From assembly GCA_965205505.1 (NCBI GenBank), contig CBDBHB010000009.1:2240001-2304000 (forward strand): a stretch of DNA of 64,000 nt, written 5' to 3'. Below, piece by piece: positions 60,737 through 64,000 of this stretch. Each line of letters opens with the position of its first letter. The stretch's first letter is position 1. The position numbers were made by a program, and so were the translations under genes. The stretch is from Acidobacteriota bacterium (GTDB taxonomy: Bacteria > Acidobacteriota > UBA890 > WLXD01). The notes under the pieces are model-generated. The model was not told the origin of the DNA. It searched no databases and was given only the letters and a program-made list of their open reading frames with translations.

Positions 60737-62811
60737 CGCTCCATTGTGGGCGCCGTCATGCCGCGATCAGGGCGAAGCTGGAACGTCACCGATAGTGACC
60801 GTGGTGGCCCCAGCAACAGAACCGAGGTGCGCCTGACCTCGAGGGGCTCGTCGAGCAGGTTCTGCCCTCGAAGGCCGAGCGACAGTTGCTCGGAAAGGTG
60901 CCAATCGAGCGACGCGTCGACGGAGCTGCCCGACGCCAAGAGCAGCTGGTTACGATCGTCCTCGAACTGGTCGCCAGCAACGTGCAGGCCGATCAGAGCG
61001 CCCCATCGGTCGGCGGTCCAAGCGAGCGATCCTCGTAGCCGATAGCCCGGCACCTGCGGCAACCGATTACCCACCAACGACACCAGCGGCTGTCCGGATA
61101 CGACGGGGTTCTGATCGATGCGGGTGCCGATCAACGAGGTGACCAGGTTGGCCGCGAACCCACCGCGCTGCACCGAAGCGTCGATCTCCACTCCGCGCAC
61201 GGTAGCGGCGCCGAGGTTCCGTCGCTGGCGCAAGATCAGCGTCGACGTAGCGCCGACAGTCGCATTGACCACCGCGTCGCGCAGCCTATTCCAGTAGCCC
61301 GTGATTCCGACCCTCACTCGACCCCCGGCGGTAGGGCTGCCCGACGACCAATCGGCCCCGATTTCGGCACCAGTGAGGCGTTCTTCGGTGAGCTCATCGT
61401 TGGCGCTGGTCGAGACGTTGCCGACGCGGAACTGGCGATACAGCTCGTTGAGCGTTGGTGCGCGAAACGATCGATACCCCGCGGCCCGCAGCCTCCACTC
61501 GCCCCCTGGGCTGAAGACCACGCCGGCACGCGACGAGACAGTGGACTGCGATCGAGATTCTGCGTTCGGGTCGCGCGGGTTGTTGTGCCATCCGTCGCCG
61601 CGCAGGGAGGCGTCCAGGTGCCACGAATCTCCGACGCGTGTTTGTGCGGAAACGAAGAGTCCGCCGACGTTCTGGGTGCCGCCCGGGTCGCGCGAGAATC
61701 CCGCCAGGAGAACATCCTCGCGGCTAACCCCGCCGACCCGCCGCCAGTCGAGTCCGGCCCCCAGCACCAGACCACCGCCGTACTGACGCCAGGCGTTGGC
61801 GCCAATACCCGTTTCCCAGGATGGAACTTCTTGGTCCAGTACCGCCAGCTCACGCGAGCGAGCCGCGATCACGCTCGAGAACCGACTGCGAAACCGCTGT
61901 CGGCGGGCGAATCCGGCGAGCCGATGTCCATTGGTGGCGGTGCCGCCGCTATAGGACAAACTGGCGCCGAATGCGCGCGTCGAGTTGGTCTGCTCGGGGG
62001 TGCCGTTGTTACGAGCCTCGTGGAAGACCTCGAGCCCGGCCAGCAGCCCGGGCGCGAGGCGTACGCGTAGCATCGCCGTCTGGTGACTCGTCGCTACGTC
62101 TTCATCCACCGGTCCGCGATCCGCCTCGCTCACGGCGATGTAGCCGCGCGTGTCGAACGCGTCCGCGGCCAGGATCAGGCCGCGCTTCGAATTGCCGGCG
62201 CTCAGCGCAAAGCCGCCACGGAAGGTCGACTGGCTACCGCCGAGCCCGTGCACCTGGATGCTTGCGCGGCTCGCCGGCGGCGTCCGCGCCACGATCTGCA
62301 CTGTACCGGCAAGGGCCTGGTTACCGAACGCCCCCGAGGCTCCACCGAGCACTATCTCGACACGCTCGATGAGGAGAGATGGCGTGCGGCTCCAGTACAC
62401 CCAGCCGCCGAATGCATCAGTCAGCGGCAGCCCATCGAGCAAGAGAAGTGCGCGGCTCGTACCGCTGGGGGACACGCCGCGCAGGTTCAAACCTTGCGAC
62501 GTAGGGTGGGCGGCACGTGCCGGGCTACGCCGTAGCAGGCTGAACTGTGGCGCCCAACGAAGCGCCTCGTCGAGTCCCAGCGCCGGGCGCTGGCGAAGCT
62601 GGTCGGAGGATACGACGATCGCGTGGGCGGAGATCTCCTCGAGGTCGAACGGACGGCGCGTCGCAGTGACCGTGATGATCTGCTCTACGCGTTGCTCGGG
62701 CGGTGCCTGCTCTGTCTGTGGGTCCTGCGCCGACAGGGCAGGCGCGGCCAGCGTCAGAACACCGAGCACGAGCAGCGCGACAAATCGCGCCGGCTGTCGG
62801 TTGATTGTCAT
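60733..62811 (-). CDS. TonB-dependent receptor
   Basis: Signal peptide, ITVTATR TonB box, NLRG, IERVEIVLG, FRAPTLNELYR, NLLD, PRS. Confidence 0.92.
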   Translation of the reverse strand: MTINRQPARFVALLVLGVLTLAAPALSAQDPQTEQAPPEQRVEQIITVTATRRPFDLEEISAHAIVVSSDQLRQRPALGLDEALRWAPQFSLLRRSPARAAHPTSQGLNLRGVSPSGTSRALLLLDGLPLTDAFGGWVYWSRTPSLLIERVEIVLGGASGAFGNQALAGTVQIVARTPPASRASIQVHGLGGSQSTFRGGFALSAGNSKRGLILAADAFDTRGYIAVSEADRGPVDEDVATSHQTAMLRVRLAPGLLAGLEVFHEARNNGTPEQTNSTRAFGASLSYSGGTATNGHRLAGFARRQRFRSRFSSVIAARSRELAVLDQEVPSWETGIGANAWRQYGGGLVLGAGLDWRRVGGVSREDVLLAGFSRDPGGTQNVGGLFVSAQTRVGDSWHLDASLRGDGWHNNPRDPNAESRSQSTVSSRAGVVFSPGGEWRLRAAGYRSFRAPTLNELYRQFRVGNVSTSANDELTEERLTGAEIGADWSSGSPTAGGRVRVGITGYWNRLRDAVVNATVGATSTLILRQRRNLGAATVRGVEIDASVQRGGFAANLVTSLIGTRIDQNPVVSGQPLVSLVGNRLPQVPGYRLRGSLAWTADRWGALIGLHVAGDQFEDDRNQLLLASGSSVDASLDWHLSEQLSLGLRGQNLLDEPLEVRRTSVLLLGPPRSLSVTFQLRPDRGMTAPTMER

Positions 62812-63797
62812 GAGATCTGCCTCGACGTGCTTGTGGGGAGGAGTGCGGGGAGCGTGTGGAGGTCGAGGTTCCCGCCCGAGAGGACCACGACCACACGGCT
62901 GCCCGATTTTAACGGTAACCGGCGTTCTAGGAGAGCGGCAACCGGAGCGGCAGCTGACGGCTCGATAAGCAGCTTCGCTCGTTCGAGCACGAGCCCAAGG
63001 GCTTGACGGATCTCGTCGTCGGATACCAGTGTCACCTGCTCGACGAAACGCTGTGCTGCCTCGAGGTTCAGATGCCCGACGAACGGCGGAGCCAGCCCAT
63101 CGGCGATCGACTCGACGTGCTCGAGCCGCACCGGCTCACCTGCCGCAATTGCTGCGGTCATCGTTGGCGCGCCTTCGGGCTCGACCGCGAACATGCGGGT
63201 ACCCTTGCCTAGCCCACCGCAGACCACCCCCAGACCGCCACAAAGGCCTCCGCCGCCAACCCCACACACGATCGCTTCCGTTTCGGGCATCTGCTCGTCG
63301 ATCTCGAGGCCGAGTGTGCCGTGGCCGGCGATCAACATCGGATCATCGAAGGGGTGTAGCAGGGTGAGGGAGCGCTCGTGGCGTAGTTCCTCGAGCTTCT
63401 CGAACGCGGCGTGCACGTCGCCATGCAGGACCACCTCGGCCCCGTAGGCTCGCGTCGCTGCAACTTTGCTCGCAACCGCCGTTTCCGGCATGACCAAGAC
63501 CGCGTGTACGCCCGCGGTGCGTGCTGCAAAGGCGACACCCTGGGCATTGTTGCCGGCGGAGATCGTTATCACGCCGGCATCGCGCTGCTCCTGTGAGAGC
63601 GTGGCTATGCGATTGAGGGCGCCGCGTGGCTTGAACGAGCCGGTCTTCTGCAGGCACTCACACTTGAGCCACACTTCGAGGCCGGTGCGCTCGGAGAGCG
63701 TGCGCGACGAAAGCAGGGGTGTGCGGTGCAGGTAGGGCTGAACCCGGGGTACCGCCGCCCGGACATCGTCGATTCCCGGCAGCTGCAGATCGCTCAT
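62808..63797 (-). CDS. PLP-dependent threonine/serine dehydratase (catabolic-type, no ACT domain)
   Basis: LQKTGSFKPRG, SAGN, GVGGGGL, VEP, LSGGN. Confidence 0.92.
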   Translation of the reverse strand: MSDLQLPGIDDVRAAVPRVQPYLHRTPLLSSRTLSERTGLEVWLKCECLQKTGSFKPRGALNRIATLSQEQRDAGVITISAGNNAQGVAFAARTAGVHAVLVMPETAVASKVAATRAYGAEVVLHGDVHAAFEKLEELRHERSLTLLHPFDDPMLIAGHGTLGLEIDEQMPETEAIVCGVGGGGLCGGLGVVCGGLGKGTRMFAVEPEGAPTMTAAIAAGEPVRLEHVESIADGLAPPFVGHLNLEAAQRFVEQVTLVSDDEIRQALGLVLERAKLLIEPSAAAPVAALLERRLPLKSGSRVVVVLSGGNLDLHTLPALLPTSTSRQIS

Positions 63798-63809
63798 GGG
63801 GCGGGACAG

Positions 63810-63933
63810 TAGTGTCCTGTAACAGAGGTTCGTTGCATATTGTGGCGCGCGCGCCTGAGTCGAAACCAAGGAGGCCCGACGACGGCGATGCTGAGGGTAT
63901 CGCAGAGGAGGCCGACGCCGGAGAGGACACTAG
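63810..63933. mobile_element. Internally deleted copy of the IS630-like MITE at 4483-4760
   Basis: tagtgtcctgtaacagaggttcgttgcatattg, one core copy, then aggacactag. Confidence 0.8.
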
Positions 63934-64000
63934 CAGGTCGCTGCACGGTTCGCCGTGCCGCCGTATACTGGCCACGGCCTGGCGCGACACCGCGCCCGCA

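Noticed and set aside
1-64000. CRISPR array, prophage, defence system or integron
   Set aside because: No regularly spaced repeats and no cas, phage, integrase or recognisable defence genes were seen

Overview
GC-rich bacterial chromosomal segment, probably Acidobacteriota (inferred from gene content: GWxTD, DUF4340/GldG, CehA/McbA-type and CRTAC1-type proteins). The left part (1-21.4 kb) is mostly housekeeping: rnd, carD, a frameshifted DAACS symporter, tRNA-Met, tilS-ftsH-folP-cdaA-cdaR-glmM-pdxJ, tRNA-Val and tRNA-Asp. After tRNA-Asp there is an island-like accessory block (about 21.4-40 kb) of secreted hydrolases mixed with IS scars and gene remnants, including a multiply disrupted quinohemoprotein dehydrogenase. 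The right part holds OPT/MFS transporters, a Gld-like ABC operon, an RsbU-GWxTD pair, a decaying ABC-2 operon, sodA and a dehydratase-TonB receptor-M28 operon. The most notable unexplained structures are non-coding: (1) a candidate ~290-nt highly structured RNA with its own near-consensus sigma70 promoter, divergent from carD; (2) miniature elements that share a conserved ~55-60-nt structured core but carry different IS-like termini; (3) a transposase-less segment resembling an IS110 left end (bridge-RNA-like). All calls were made by eye, with no database searches.
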